Shown: in pieces, positions 1 to 12,728 of the stretch
How the letters are laid out: every line of letters begins with the position of its first letter
Position numbering within the stretch: position 1 is the stretch's first letter
DNA from: Felis catus
Taxonomy: Eukaryota
DNA length: 64,000 nucleotides
NCBI RefSeq assembly: GCF_018350175.1
Contig: NC_058368.1
Location: 22,260,001 to 22,324,000, forward strand
Direction of reading: 5' to 3'
The notes under the pieces: generated by a model
Databases searched by the model: none
What the model saw: only the letters and a program-made list of their open reading frames with translations
Told to the model about the DNA's origin: nothing
Position numbers and translations under genes: made by a program

Positions 1-513
1 TCAGCTGTACAATGGAGATACCACCTGTTTTGTCCATTTTACGGAACTGTACAGATACACAGAGAATACTTTTTAAAAAGTCACATAAAGCCAGAAATGC
101 TTAAAATATGTTATCTTTTCCTTAGGCAAAAAATGAATCACAATTAGTAGCCAAATAAAATAAATGCTGTATATAACCAGCCTCAAAAAACTTAATTATC
201 CAAAGTATTTCATCTAATAGTTTTGTTCTTACTCAACTTATTAAGTAAACCCTATTAGCATCACCTGAAAGGCAAACTTCAACCCAGCTAAAGTTCCGAG
301 TGTCACAAATTATAAATGGGGTTTGAAAATACTGAGATTCTATAATAACTATCATATATACAGACCTCTCTCTTATTTATCAATATAGGCTTATTAAAAA
401 CAGTAAAATTTGGAGTCACATGTTGAAAGCAAAACGGCTAACTAATGGGTGCAATTATGTATGTTCTGTGAACTACCACTGTGATTATAATTCAATCAGC
501 AGAGTCTTCCTAC

Positions 514-689
514 CCCCATTTTGTTAGCTGCATGCAGTCTGAAGCTATAAGTCTTTCCAGGAAGAAGGTTGCTCACTGTACATTCTACTTCAGAACCTTG
601 GTAAACTTCTCTGGGTTCATCTTTTTCTACAGGAGACATCTCCACACCATAGCAGAAAATGGGTGATCCACCATCAACCAGAGGGGGTC
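514..689 (-). CDS. FNDC3A: FNDC3A exon (176 nt) GPPLVDGGSPIFCYGVEMSPVEKDEPREVYQGSEVECTVSNLLPGKTYSFRLHAANKMG; gene continues beyond window start
   Basis: cctttag|GA CCC ... ATG GGG|gtagga; phase 1->0; follows an 87-nt intron. Confidence 0.96.
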
Positions 690-776
690 CTAAAGGTGGA
701 AAGATTTATGCAATTTAACAAAAGGAATATATTTAGTACTAACTCCATTATAATTTATTACCAAAATGAAAATTAC

Positions 777-882
777 CCCATCGTAACTGTATTTCTTTTG
801 CTTTGGGTCTACCCTGTAATCTGGGCGGGAGGCATGGGCCAGGAGGCACAGCTGGAGTCTGCACAAGTAAAGATTCAGATAC
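777..882 (-). CDS. FNDC3A: FNDC3A exon (106 nt) VSESLLVQTPAVPPGPCLPPRLQGRPKAKEIQLRW
   Basis: ttttggcag|GTA TCT ... TGG G|gtaatt; phase 0->1. Confidence 0.96.
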
Positions 883-1831
883 CTGCCAAAACAAAAGCAA
901 TAACAAAACAAAAATGCCCCAACCGGAATGCTTTTGTTAAAGAAAAATAACACGAACACAAAGACTGCATCAATAATTTGAAATTCTACTTGACTATCAA
1001 TTGAAAAGGAATAAAGTTCTAAATAAAATAAGAACCCAATTAAATCATTAAAACTCTGATTTTATATTAACAAATAAAGACACATATTATGTGACAACTA
1101 TATACAAAGAAAGTTACCAGAAAAAAAGAACAAAAAACTCTTCATCTTTCCATAATTGAAAAACAACAAAAAAATAACCTTCAGCAAAACCTACTGGACT
1201 AATAAAGATTATTTTTGATCTCATCCAAATGGATCCACAAATCTCTTCTAAGGATGTTTTCATATTCTGTAAATACTGTTTGCCATGTTTTCAGAAGGTA
1301 TGGACTATTTTGGTTACTTTAACTGTATATTGTATTTTTAACCTAAATATTAATATACATGTATGCATATAAAATCTTTCCTTTTTCTTTTCCACCTAAA
1401 AATAATTCAAAAATCAGGTTAACTTTTCCAAGTGCTTGGTATCTTTCCAGGTATTTGGTATTATCTTGGTTTCGATGTTATTTAAAAAATGTCTATCGTT
1501 TAGTTTTATTTTAAAAGACTTCTTTTACAAACACTGACATGCACTCAGTACCATATCCTTAACTGCACTGTATTAAGGTTTACACTTAATATTCTTTACA
1601 AACATAAATATTTGGTCATCACCTTATTTAGAAAGGTATCCTATATGAGAATGCTATATCACTGTATTAGAAAATTAGGGTTGTTTTTGGGGTGGGATCT
1701 GTTCTTTCTAATCCTGGAAGATGTTCTTATTAGATACAGTGAAGCAACTGGATCCCAAGCCTGTTGGGTAGGACTTGCATGCAGTTTCCTAATACTTCCA
1801 TTTTCAACAAAATGCTTATAAATTCATTTTT

Positions 1832-2034
1832 CAATGTTTATTTATTTTTGGAACAGAGAGAGACAGAGCATGAACGGGGGAGGGGCAGAGAGAGAGGGAG
1901 ACACAGAATCGGAAACAGGCTCCAGGCTCTGAGCCATCAGCCCAGAGCCTGACGCGGGGCTCGAACTCACGGACCGCGAGATCGTGACCTGGCTGAAGTC
2001 GGACGCTTAACCGACTGCGCCACCCAGGCGCCCC
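1832..2034 (-). mobile_element. Young felid CAN-SINE (SINEC_Fc-type)
   Basis: tRNA-derived head GGGGCGCCTGGGTGGCGCAGTCGGTTAAGCG, (CT)n region, A tail, CpGs intact; perfect 13-bp TSD taaattcattttt at 1819-1831 and 2035-2047. Confidence 0.95.
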
Positions 2035-2685
2035 TAAATTCATTTTTAAAAAAGGTAACTTCATTGCATTAAATTCCATTTGAAAAATGACAGTTATTAA
2101 TGCTCCACGAACCCATTCTTAAATTCATTAAAAAAATACCACTCCTATTAAAAAAATTACCTCTCTAGAACATTACAAATATCTCATATATAATCAATGG
2201 CACACTTTAAGTCCATTTAGGTTAGTGATAAATTCTCTAGTAATAAAAATAATTGCCAACTTTCCTGAAATAAGTAATTACTAGAATCTGTGTTTAAACA
2301 GTAAATGATTATGGTTTGTCCTGATACACATAATTTATAGAGCAATCAGTCTACAATTATTTTATTTTTATTTCTGTTAGGTATGGCTATTGAACATCAT
2401 CCTAAAATTTACCTTTATAAATTTTTCTGCAGTATTTTTGTATATCTGTTGTTGCAAAGCTAAACAACAACCAGACAATAGATATTCACTGAATACTGAT
2501 TATAAGCCATGTACTATTTTAGAATATTTTTATCACTATAAGTTACAGAATATTCTGATCACTATAAATTAATCACCTAAATTACAGAAATTACTTTGGA
2601 TACATTTCAATATTTGAGGTGGCATCTGGTGATTCCATCTTATTTGACCCAAACTTGAAAAAAAAAATCTAGATGTAAGTATTAC

Positions 2686-2804
2686 CGCACTCTGTCCTCC
2701 ATCACTGATGCAGTAAACTCGTAAACGATAGAAACAGCCTGGATTTAGTCGATCACAAAGATGTTCCCTAGTAGCTCCACTGTATATCATATCCCATTTG
2801 TTTC
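2686..2804 (-). CDS. FNDC3A: FNDC3A exon (119 nt) GNKWDMIYSGATREHLCDRLNPGCFYRLRVYCISDGGQSA
   Basis: ccttccag|GA AAC ... AGT GCG|gtaat; phase 1->0. Confidence 0.96.
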
Positions 2805-3620
2805 CTGGAAGGTGAAGAATTATGTTCAATCAGCTACGAGGTAATGTTTAACATTTGGGTATCATGGACACGGCAGGTATCCTAGCTTCACTAAGTAAGT
2901 GTTTATGTAATTTGTCAGAAACAAATTTTGAGTTTCCTGGAAATGACCTAATTTTCTTTATGTGTGCAGCTTCCTAGACGAATCTGCATGGCTTTATTGA
3001 AATGAAATATCTCTGTAACTCTGTTACAGACTTTGGCTTACATTGATAATTTGCTTTTAATTAAGCATTTTAAATGTGTTTACTGGTCCAGTAATAACAT
3101 TATAACACACAAAGAGTAGAAAGAACCAATACCACAGGAAGTTTAGTCTTAATTAAAAGACATTCTTATTATTTTGCAGGAAGCAGTTCAATTCACAGAA
3201 ATATGGATTGTTACATGTGTTATTCAAAAATTAAGTTCATGAGGCACAGAAAATATTACTAAAACTAGTATAATGTAAGTTAAATTTTAGAAATTAATTT
3301 TTCTCTGACATGTCTGGTTATAAATCTAACTGAAAGTTTAGAAAACTTTAGATATACTGGAACTGAGCAAGGCAAACTCATGAGAAAGAAATAAACTAAA
3401 AAAATAAAAGTAATAATATAGGTATACAGCATTCTTACATTTGATTCACTCTATTTCTAGAGATTAGAACTTTAAGTGGATCATAACAGGCAAAATTCTA
3501 ACTGGTATAAACAAAGGGAAAAAATTAAGAGTGAAAGAAAACAGATCATATAAAATGTACAGTCATGAAGAGTAGGGGCATACTGGTATAAAGCTATTAA
3601 TTTTTAATAGTTATTCTTAC

Positions 3621-3689
3621 CATTAGAACCTTCTGCCATCTCCACTACATACTTATTAATGGTTGCACCTCCATTGTCTTTTGGTGGGT
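3621..3689 (-). CDS. FNDC3A: FNDC3A exon (69 nt) DPPKDNGGATINKYVVEMAEGSN
   Basis: tctttggatag|AC CCA CCA ... AAT G|gtaaga; phase 1->1. Confidence 0.96.
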
Positions 3690-3889
3690 CTATCCAAAGA
3701 AGTAAAAGTGGTATTAGGCAAAATACATAGTTAAAAATGACAGAAAATCCTAGTAAGTGGAATACCAAACCTAAGATTGCTTAAAAAATAAAAAGAATCA
3801 CCCGCAGTGCTTTTTTTATTAATACCAGCATCTCATTAATCTATCGATTTTGCAACAAATAGTATATAAGGTGTTCAATAATAATTATT

Positions 3890-4001
3890 ATTTTTTCAAG
3901 TTTTACTTATTTAAGGTTAGGTTTTCTCCATACCTAACATGGGGCTTGAATTGACGACCCCAAGATGAAAAGTCACACGCTCTTCTGCCCGCCAGGCACC
4001 C
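3890..4001 (-). mobile_element. Short, older CAN-SINE
   Basis: Degenerate tRNA-like head (ggggcttgaa...ccaggcaccc on +) with a T-rich tail. Confidence 0.75.
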
Positions 4002-4351
4002 TAACAAATGTTTGTTTTAAATGAGTAAAAGTGATTTTCATTTCTCAGGAGAGCCAGGATGACTCAGGTGACTTTAGCTACAATTTCAGTAATCATTCAC
4101 TTCACACAGTGCTGTCTCTGCTCACAGTCCTACCACAGATTCCAAGTTCTTCTGTATCAAATATGAACTTTGTATTTGTGTGAGTGTAAAGTTTTCTACA
4201 AAAGAGATCCTCAAACAATGAATGATTCTCACATTTCCAATTAAACTTGCTTCAGCTAACAACTGTACTCAACTATCTTAAAAATTATCCTAATATTCAA
4301 ATCATTACAATCAAATATAACAGTAATGATGTACAAATACGCATATCTTAC

Positions 4352-4490
4352 CCCAAGTTATTTTAAAACTGTGTGAATGTATCTTTCCTTTAACTGATGG
4401 CTTCACAGGTACACCTGGTTTATCAGGGCATGTAGTAAATTCTACTACTTCACTTGGGTTACTTTTACCTTCTGAGTTGTAAGCAATAAC
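4352..4490 (-). CDS. FNDC3A: FNDC3A exon (139 nt) VIAYNSEGKSNPSEVVEFTTCPDKPG...SFKITW
   Basis: catcacag|GTT ATT ... TGG G|gtaaga; phase 0->1. Confidence 0.96.
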
Positions 4491-4809
4491 CTGTGATGAA
4501 AACACAAAGACATAAAATAATTGATATTTGATACCTAATGATATTGGCTTAATGAACAAAGTGATGACAGATAAGCTCAATCAAGTGATAAAGTAAAAGT
4601 TTTCAGACTGTGATGGCTTGTTTATATGAGAATGTCTACAACAGGGACTCAGCATATATGAAGAATATTCAGGTATAGTCAATCCCCTTTGAGAGCCAGT
4701 TCTGGGGATACAGGTGTAAGTCTGTAACAGTTTGATATTAAACGAGTCATTACAGGAACAAGCTATAATCTGATGATACTTGATGAGCTTGATTTACGTA
4801 TTCTTTTAC

Positions 4810-5230
4810 TATTCTTTGGGTTTTAAAAAGATGTCCACAAATTCTTCGAATTTCCTTTATTCAAAAGATAAAGGCTAATTCCTCTTCCCTTTGAATTGCA
4901 CTTAATGACTTGCCTCTAATACAATCTAGCAGAAATCACAGTGTGTAGCTTTGCTACAGAGAAGCCCATCTGGTGAGGAACTGAAGCCTCTGACCAACAG
5001 TCAGAGAGGAAATGAAGGCTACCAACACTTGAGTGAACTTGGGAGCAAATCCTCCAACCCCAGACAAACCTTCAAGTGACTGCAGCCCTAGCTGGCATCT
5101 TGACTGCAACCTCACATAAACCCTCTATCAGAACCACCCAGCTAAGCTGGTCTTGAATTCCTGACCCCCAGGAACTGTGAGAAAATAAATGCCTGTTTTT
5201 TCAAGTTACTAAATTGTACAGCAATATAAT
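4810..5230 (+). mobile_element. MaLR LTR (MLT1-like)
   Basis: gactgcagcccta...cttgactgcaacctca...aattcctgacccccaggaactgtgagaaaataaatg, typical of an MLT1 3' half. Confidence 0.75.
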
Positions 5231-5339
5231 TCATAAGTATTTTTATATTTGACTTTAGAACTGTTAAGGTCTTTATAATTGGTAAATTATTAAAATTCTT
5301 AGAATTCTACTATCATGTAACACACACACAAAACCAAAT

Positions 5340-6095
5340 TACATTCATACATACATATAGTTCCTAGCTCTGTCCATTGAGAGGACGCCCAGGAGTAGCA
5401 AAACCGTATAGCATTAAGTATACTTAGTACTCAGATATTGGCTTCTAAATACCACGGTCCACTAAAGGGACCCAGGTGCTTTGAGAAATGACCAATCCTG
5501 ACATTGAAGGATTGGAGACTGGAATATCATGTGCCAGAAAGGAAAGGCTCAAAAGAATGATGGGGGGGGGGGGGGGGGGGAGGGCACATTTCAAAAGAAT
5601 CTGAAAGGCAGCTCAAAGGAGCTCCCAAATTTGAAACAATGTGAGCCTCATAAATGATAATCATAGTAACAAAATATAACTCACTCAATTAACAGGAATT
5701 CATGAGTTCATACTGACATATATGATAAGAGAAAGCTTTTCTTTATAGTATGATGCCAACTGATAGATGTAGAAGGAATGATAAAATTAAAATCACCACT
5801 TGGCAACCATTAATCATAGTAATAACTGATTCAGGCAAAAATTATCAATGGGTGTTAAAGCTAGTAGATGAAAGTGATGAAAAACAAAGTGTTCACACAG
5901 TATTTACAAAATACTTGTTAATTACAAAGGGAAAAAGAACAGCTTTACAGTGAAGAAACACAGTAGATGTAATCTTTGACTACCAGTAACAGGACAAATG
6001 GAAACTGTGCACCGCTTGATATAATGTACCAAGAAAATAATAGCATTACTTTTTCTGATATCCCCTGACAAAAAAGCATATTTTGAATGTTTAAC
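5340..6095 (+). mobile_element. Old L1 (L1MC/L1MD-like) 3' UTR fragment containing a G19 run at 5562-5580
   Basis: Resembles L1M 3' UTR (ttcctagctctgtccattgagagg...atacttgttaattacaaaggg). Confidence 0.65.
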
Positions 6096-6107
6096 AACAT
6101 CCACATT

Positions 6108-6138
6108 AAAAAAATTTTTTTTAATGTTTATTTTTGAA

Positions 6139-6169
<31 letters not shown>

Positions 6170-6368
6170 AAAAGAGAGAGGACAGAGAAAGGGGAGGGGC
6201 AGAGAGAGAAGGAGACACAGGGGCAGAGACGGAGACACAGAATCTGAAGCAGGCTCCAGGCTCTGAGATGTCAGCACAGAGCCCGATGTAAGGTTCGAAC
6301 TCACGAGCTGTAAGATCATGACCTGAACCAGAGTTAGATGCTTAACCAACTGAGCCAAGCAGGTGCCC
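6108..6368 (-). mobile_element. CAN-SINE
   Basis: Head, (GA)n and tail present; TSD aacatccacatt at 6096-6107 and 6369-6380. Confidence 0.92.
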
Positions 6369-6604
6369 AACATCCACATTTAGATGTTTGTTCCCATTAT
6401 ACAAATAAAAGTCCCATAAAACATTAAAATTGTTTTAAATTTAAATATATATACAGTTTGATAACCAATGTTACATAGTAAGAAAGTAAAGCAGTGATGC
6501 TCATTATTTTAGATTTAAAACCAAAGGAGTGAGGTATGTACTTGGCTTTAGAACAATAGGAACAATAAGAACAAACAAATATTTTAAGGGCTTTCAAAGC
6601 TTAC

Positions 6605-6691
6605 CTTAAATTTATACTTTGTACTACGTCTGAGATTCTTCACTGTGTAAGCAAGATCTTCTCCATCATATTTAGGCTTAAAACCATATCC
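6605..6691 (-). CDS. FNDC3A: FNDC3A exon (87 nt) GYGFKPKYDGEDLAYTVKNLRRSTKYKFK
   Basis: ccctttccag|GGA TAT ... TTT AAG|gtaagc; phase 0->0. Confidence 0.96.
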
Positions 6692-7184
6692 CTGGAAAGG
6701 GAAAATAAGCCTCCCTTAGATATCTAACAGCAGAAATATGGGGAATAACAAACATGTAAAAAGATCTAGGTCTTCTTCATCTTCTGTTTACAATGTGATT
6801 AACACTCTGTTAAGTGTATTCCTCACTTTGGTACTTTTATCTTCAATGGACAAATCCAGAAATGCTAGTGAATGTTTGTAGCATGAAGGAGACCTCATTT
6901 CGAGTAAATACAGTAACCAAGAGACAATCTTCATGCTGAGGGTAAAGTCAGAGCCAATGGTGACTTCACCATAAGTAAGCATATGCCTAGAACTAACAGA
7001 ATTTCCTAGACAGATGTTGCAAGAGCTAAAAAGAACTATATTTAAACTTGACCTAAACACATAGGTGTGTTTAAGTAAATAAATGAATGGTTGGTTGTGC
7101 TGGCAGGTAGGGATGTCACTTAGGTTTTGGAATGCTATTTATCGCTTCAGTAACAATCCCTTACTACTTTCCCAATGTTATTTG

Positions 7185-7697
7185 AAATTTTTTAAGTTGA
7201 TATATAGTTCACATGCTATAAAATTCCCATTTTGAAGTATGAAATTCAATCATTTATAGTATATTCACAAGGTTGTGCAACCATCATTAAATTCTTAATC
7301 CCACAATAAAGCCTGCACTTTATTTATTGGTTAGCAGTCACTTCCCTTCTTTTCTCACCCATTAGTATATTTTCTGTCTCTATGGATTTGCCTATATCCA
7401 TAATAAATGGAATCACACAATATATGGTCTTTGTGACTAGGTTCTTTTACTTAACATAATGTTTTCAAGGTTCATTCATGTGTGGCATGTGTCAGTACTC
7501 CATTCCTTTATATGGCTAATTGATATTCCATTGTATGGATATATCACATTTCTGCTTATCCATTCATCAGTTGATAGACATTTGGGTTGTTTCCACTTTT
7601 TGGCTATTATGAATAATGCTGCTGTGAACATTCATGTACAAATTTCTGTATAAACACTTGTTTCAATTCTCTTGGGTATATAGCTGGGAGTGGATCA
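7185..7697 (-). mobile_element. Old L1M (L1MB-like) 3' end
   Basis: ccattcatcagttgatagacatttgggttgtttccactttttggctattatgaataatgctgctgtgaacattc, the antisense L1 ORF2-end signature. Confidence 0.85.
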
Positions 7698-8261
7698 ATG
7701 CTATTTTTGACTCATACTGCTTTAAAGTAGCTCTGAAAAGCTACGAAACTATGTAGAACTAATAGAAGACATCCTAACTCATGTTCAGCTTTGTTCTAGC
7801 TCATAAGAGACAAATCACTGGAAACTACATTCTGGCTGCACTATATAATCTTATAATCTCTCTTCAAATCTTCTCTGGCATTTGGGAAAGCAATGTATGA
7901 AAACAGCTGGAAAAGATGGACACGTTATTTCCTTATTTTTTAGAGCTGCTTAGGCTAAAAGGCTGTGGTGATCTTTTCCTCTATTTTCCCTAAACATATA
8001 TATTTAAAATGTAGTCTATGCTGTTCCTAGGCACAAACGTACATACAAACGTACATAAAAAACAAAACTCGCTCCTATACATCAAGAAAACAAAAGACTG
8101 AATTCTTCCTCACTCCTCAATATTCCTCAACAATAACCAACCAAGGATTCAAAGGATTTAGAGAAAGATCGAACTATTGTGGCACTATTTACTTACAAGT
8201 ATTAATGCCACACTGAAATATGTTTTAAACACTCTTACTTAAAATACATATTCGTACTTAC

Positions 8262-8436
8262 TGAAGTTTCTTCTTCCATCTCTAAAATGTAAGAAATTCC
8301 TTCATCTGATGGTGTTCCTGAGGGCTTACTCCATTGTAAGGATAACCAAGTAACACCAGCCTTAGTTAATACAGGACTTGCTGGCATAGAAGGGGCACAG
8401 CCTGAAGTGTAATAGAAGACTTCTTCACTAAAACCA
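8262..8436 (-). CDS. FNDC3A: FNDC3A exon (175 nt) GFSEEVFYYTSGCAPSMPASPVLTKAG...EMEEETS
   Basis: tttcaacag|T GGT TTT ... ACT TCA|gtaagt; phase 2->0. Confidence 0.96.
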
Positions 8437-8802
8437 CTGTTGAAACAAATGGTTTTTAAAAATGAATGAATAAAAGTTTTTATAGCTAAAGAACTCATTT
8501 CTGATAAATGGAATTTTTTTTTGAAAGTGACAGTTTTTGATAACTAATTATAATCCAAGTAATATATCTTAGATCTGATAATATTTTTATGGTAACCAGA
8601 TCAGATACCTAAAAGGTGAGTTAACATTCTTTTAAAACTGCAATTTATGTAACTAACATATTCTCTTACAGCTTTTGCTAAGCTAGTAACAGATCTTTAC
8701 CAAGAGTGATAAACTAAAGCATAATTTTTAGTGGATAATTTGGACTCCGAATAATTTATGTAAGTTGACTAAATAATATATTTACATTAAAATGTATCTT
8801 AC

Positions 8803-8927
8803 CTTGTGCCATATTCATTTTTGGCTGACAGTCTAAATTTACAACCCATTGCTGGTGACAGTTTAGTAATTTTAAATTGCTTCTGTAAGCCCATGTAACA
8901 TTGACAAAATTCTCCATTTCCTTTTCC
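8803..8927 (-). CDS. FNDC3A: FNDC3A exon (125 nt) GKGNGEFCQCYMGLQKQFKITKLSPAMGCKFRLSAKNEYGTS
   Basis: T17-ag|GGA AAA ... ACA AG|gtaaga; phase 0->2. Confidence 0.96.
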
Positions 8928-9590
8928 CTAAAAAAAAAAAAAAAAAGGCTGATTATTATATATTTAAAAAATGGCTGGTTATTATATATCATGTATATTA
9001 TTGTAAAAAGACAAATTCACATCAATTTGTCCTTGATGGACAGTAACATCAGCTAGTGTACATGATAAATCATCTTTGTTACATGACCATCATGGATCTC
9101 AAGAGAAAGTTGAGATAACACACATCTTTTTTTAATAACTTTTTTTTTTTTTTTTTTTTAATTTTAGAGAGAGCGAAAGCATGAATGGGAGAGAGGAAAG
9201 TATGCAGCTCAGGACAACTACAGAGTTTCAGAAATTTAGGATGCTACATAAAATGGACAAATTTCTTATTCTCTAACCATTTTTCTTCATTGTGTTGGTA
9301 GATTTAAAGGGTGGTTTTAGGGTGACTTCTGCTTCAAGAAAACCTTCAGTCTGTATTTGGCTGCTTTACTACACTCTCCTGTTTTAATGGTGTATAGTTG
9401 ATTCTATTAAGCTGTCTAAATAGAAAATTGTACCATCTGTAAATAATGATAATTTTGCCCCCCCCCCAGCCCTGCCACTACATGGCTGTACTTCTTGTTT
9501 TAGTTCTAAATCATACTGCATTAATACTAAATAAAGGAGGGAACCAGCAACTTTTGACTTGTTTCTGCTTTGACTGAAATGCTTAAAAAA

Positions 9591-9806
9591 ATTTTTTTTT
9601 AAATGTCTATTTTAGAGAGAGAAAGAGTGTGCGTGCGAGCATGAGCGGGGGTGGGGCAGAGACAGAGGGAACCACAGAATCAGAAGCAGGCTCCAGGATC
9701 TGAGCTGTCAGCACAGAGCCTGGCATGGGGCTCAAACTCATGAACCATGAGTCCATGACCTGAGCCAAAATCAGATGTTCAACTGACTGAGCCACACAGG
9801 TGCCCC
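9591..9806 (-). mobile_element. CAN-SINE
   Basis: TSD tgaaatgctt at 9575-9584 and 9807-9816. Confidence 0.9.
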
Positions 9807-10083
9807 TGAAATGCTTTTATTGTTTAGTGGTGGTATTTCACTTGATACAAAAATAATTGTCAGTTAAGGAATTATCTTTCTATTCCTAATTTGAGTTTTA
9901 ACTGAGGTAAGTGCTAAATTTTATCAAATACCTTTTCATAATTTATCAACATATGTATTTTCTTCTAAATTACTATGATGCAGTAATAGATTTCCTAATT
10001 CTAAATTCTTTTAAAACTTCTGGAATAAAAAACCTTTAAAATGTAAAAATAAAACTTGTTTGTGCCTCATTACTCTTATAATA

Positions 10084-11747
10084 TAGGCATATTATTTTAG
10101 TGCACCTCACTTTATTGAGCTTCACAGATACTGTTTTTTTACAAAATCTGGCTTGTGGCAACCCTGCATCCAACAAGTCTATTGGTGTCATTTTTCTAAT
10201 AGCACTTGCTCACTTTGTGTCTCTGTGTCACATTTTGGTAATTCTTATATTTCAAATTTTCTCATTATTATTTGTTATAGTGATTTAAAGGAAGAAGTCC
10301 AACTATAGACACTGACAGGAGTTCGGCAGAAGTTGATCCCAACCCTCGTGGACGACTTTGAGGTTTTAAGACTTCAGTGGAGGAAGTAACAGTAGGTGTG
10401 GTGGAAGCAGCAAGAGAACGAGAATTAGAAGCATGGAGCCTGAAGATGTGACTCAACTGCTGCAATCTCATGATAAAACTTGAGCAGATGAAGTGTTACT
10501 TTGTATGGATGAGCAAAGTAAGTAGTTTCTTGAGATATAATGTACTCCTGGTGAAGATGCTGTGAAGATTGTTGAAATGACAACAAAGGATTTAGAATCT
10601 TACATAAACTTAGTTGATAGAGCAGCAACAGGGTTTGAAGGGACTGACTCCAGTTGTGAAAGTTTTAGTGTTGGTAAAATGTTATCAAATGGCATCACAT
10701 GCTATAGAGAAATCATTCATGAAAGGAAGGGTCAATCTTTGCAGCAAAACACATTGTTGTCTTTTTTTTTTTTTTAAAGAAATTGTGAAGGCCACCCTAA
10801 CCTTTAGCAACCACTACTCTGATCAGTCGGGAGCCATCGACATGGGGGCAAGACCCTCCAGCAGCAAACAGACTGACTCACTGAAAGCTCAGATGACAGT
10901 TAGCAATTTTTAGCAATAGAGTTCATTTATTTATTTGAGAGTGAGTGAGCACATGAGTGATAGAGGGAGAGAGAGAATCTTAAGCAGGCTCAATACCCAG
11001 TGCCAGAGCCCAATCCAGGGTTTTATCTCATGACTCTAAGATCATGATGGGAGGTGAAATCAAGAGTCGAACACTTAACCTACTGAGCCATCCAGGTGCC
11101 CCAGCAATAAAGTATTTTTACTTTTTTAGTTTATTTATTGTGAGAGACAGAGCGTGTGTGAGCAAGGGAGGGGCAGAGAGAGAGAGAGGGGGGAGAGAGA
11201 GAATCCCAAGCAGGCTCTGTGCTCTCAGTGGAGAGCCTGATGTGGGGCTCAATCCCATGAACTGTGAGATATGACCTGAGCCTAAACCAAGAGTCAGTTT
11301 AACCAACTGAGCCACCCAGGCGCCCCTTTAAATTATGTGTATTGTTTTTAAAAGACATAATGCCACTGCACATTTAATAGACTACAATATAGTGTATGTA
11401 TAACTTAAAAAAATTTTTTTTTAATGTTTATTTATTTTTGAGACAGAGAGAGACAGAGCACGAACAGGGGAGGAGCAGAGAGAGAGGGAGACACAGAATC
11501 TGAAACAGGCTCCAGGCTCTGAGCTGTCAGCACAGAGCCCGATGCGGGGCTCGAACTCACGGACCGTGAGATCATGACCTGAGCCGAAGTCGGATGCTTA
11601 ACCGACCAAGCCACCCAGGCGCCCCTTGTATATATAACTTTTATATACACTAGAAAACCAAAAAATTCATGTGACTTGCTTTATTGAGATATTTGCTTTA
11701 TTGTGGTTGGCTGGAACCAAACCTGCAATATCTCCAAGGTATACCTG
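10084..11747 (+). mobile_element. Internally deleted Tigger1 (TcMar-Tigger) interrupted by three CAN-SINEs
   Basis: TA|TAGGCATA left end and ...AAGGTATACCTG|TA right end; jumps from the 5' region to the transposase 3' region near 10285; homologous to 41543-44284. Confidence 0.9.
10922..11625 (-). mobile_element. Three CAN-SINEs (10922-11102, 11120-11326, 11414-11625) nested in Tigger1
   Basis: Each has a head and tail; imperfect TSDs agcaata(g/a)agt and tgtat(g/a)tataactt. Confidence 0.9.
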
Positions 11748-11890
11748 TATACTGCTGAAAATACCAAATTATCAATGAAATTTCTTCTATTCCCTCTGGC
11801 CACTCAGCTGCAGAAAAGCAGCAGGGCAAGAGAGAACATGATAAATGACAGTAAAACAAAATACTAAATAATAAAGCTCAGTATGTTTGC

Positions 11891-12394
11891 TGTGGTAGGC
11901 TGAATAATGGCCTCCCAAAATATCCAGGTCCTAAACCCTGGAACCTATGAATGTTCAGGGACTGTACAGATGTTATTTAGTTAAAACTCTTGAGATAGAA
12001 AGATCATCCTGGATCATCTAGGTGGACTCTAAATGGAATTACAAGTGTCTTTTTTAGAGGGAAAAGGCCATGTGATAATGGCAGCAGGGGTAGAAAAGGC
12101 TATCTATCAGATGTAGCCATGGATTCATGGTAATGACCCAGTAATGAAGAGAGTCTCCAGAAGCTGGTAAAGTCAAGAAAATGGATTCTTCTCTAGAATT
12201 CCTGGAAGAAGCATGGCTATAGTGACATTTTAATCTCAGAGATTTTAATCTCAGAGAGAGCCATTTTTGATTTTAATCTCAGAGAGAGCCGTTTTGGATT
12301 TCTGGCTTCCAGAATCATAAGAGAATAAATATATTTTGTTTTAAACCCTTGGGTTTGTGGTAATTTGTTAAACTAGTCACAGTAAATGAGTACA
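11891..12394 (+). mobile_element. MaLR solo LTR (MLT1D-like) with a small internal tandem duplication at ~12226-12300
   Basis: TG...CA ends (tgtggtaggctgaataatggcc ... gagtaca); 5-bp TSD tttgc/cttgc; aataaa signal. Confidence 0.85.
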
Positions 12395-12674
12395 CTTGCC
12401 TGTAAGGCTGATGTGAAAAAAAAAATATTCCTTCGTCAAGGTAATTACCCAATTGACAACTTTGAGGGGTTTGAGTCAAAAACAAAAAACAAAATAAAAC
12501 ATGGGGGGGGGGTTCCAGTCAGTAATGTTGTCTAAGAACACCATTAATTCAGTCATGTACTACCCAAATCATTCATAATGTTTTAAAAGAGGAAAAAACT
12601 ATTGTAACAAATTATTTCTGCTTGAGGATATACACATAATTTTCACCTAATTTAAAAAGATTCAATTTACTCAC

Positions 12675-12728
12675 CTCATCCCATTCTAAAATAAAGCTTT
12701 GGATTTTAGAACCATTGTCACTAGGTGC
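12675..12728 (-). CDS. FNDC3A: FNDC3A exon (54 nt) APSDNGSKIQSFILEWDE
   Basis: tcttttag|GCA CCT ... GAT GAG|gtgagt; phase 0->0. Confidence 0.96.

Noticed and set aside
481..959. Overlapping ORFs 481..666, 663..950 (+) and 690..959 (-)
   Set aside because: Antisense or off-frame shadows of real FNDC3A exons
1950..2034. tRNA-like A/B boxes in SINE heads
   Set aside because: They belong to tRNA-derived SINEs with CT tracts, A tails and TSDs; they are not functional tRNA genes
1764..2079. ORFs such as 1831..2079, 13693..14034, 16484..16765, 37138..37425 and 62651..62881 (MAQSVK/RETEHERGRGR-type peptides)
   Set aside because: They are translations of CAN-SINE sequence repeated across the window, not genes
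5562..5580. G19 homopolymer as a functional G-quadruplex
   Set aside because: It is an expansion inside an old L1 fragment with no supporting context, and its length may be affected by sequencing error
12226..12300. Repeat-spacer-like array (ttttaatctcagaga x3)
   Set aside because: A short slippage duplication inside an MLT1 LTR, with no unique spacers and no cas genes; the context is eukaryotic
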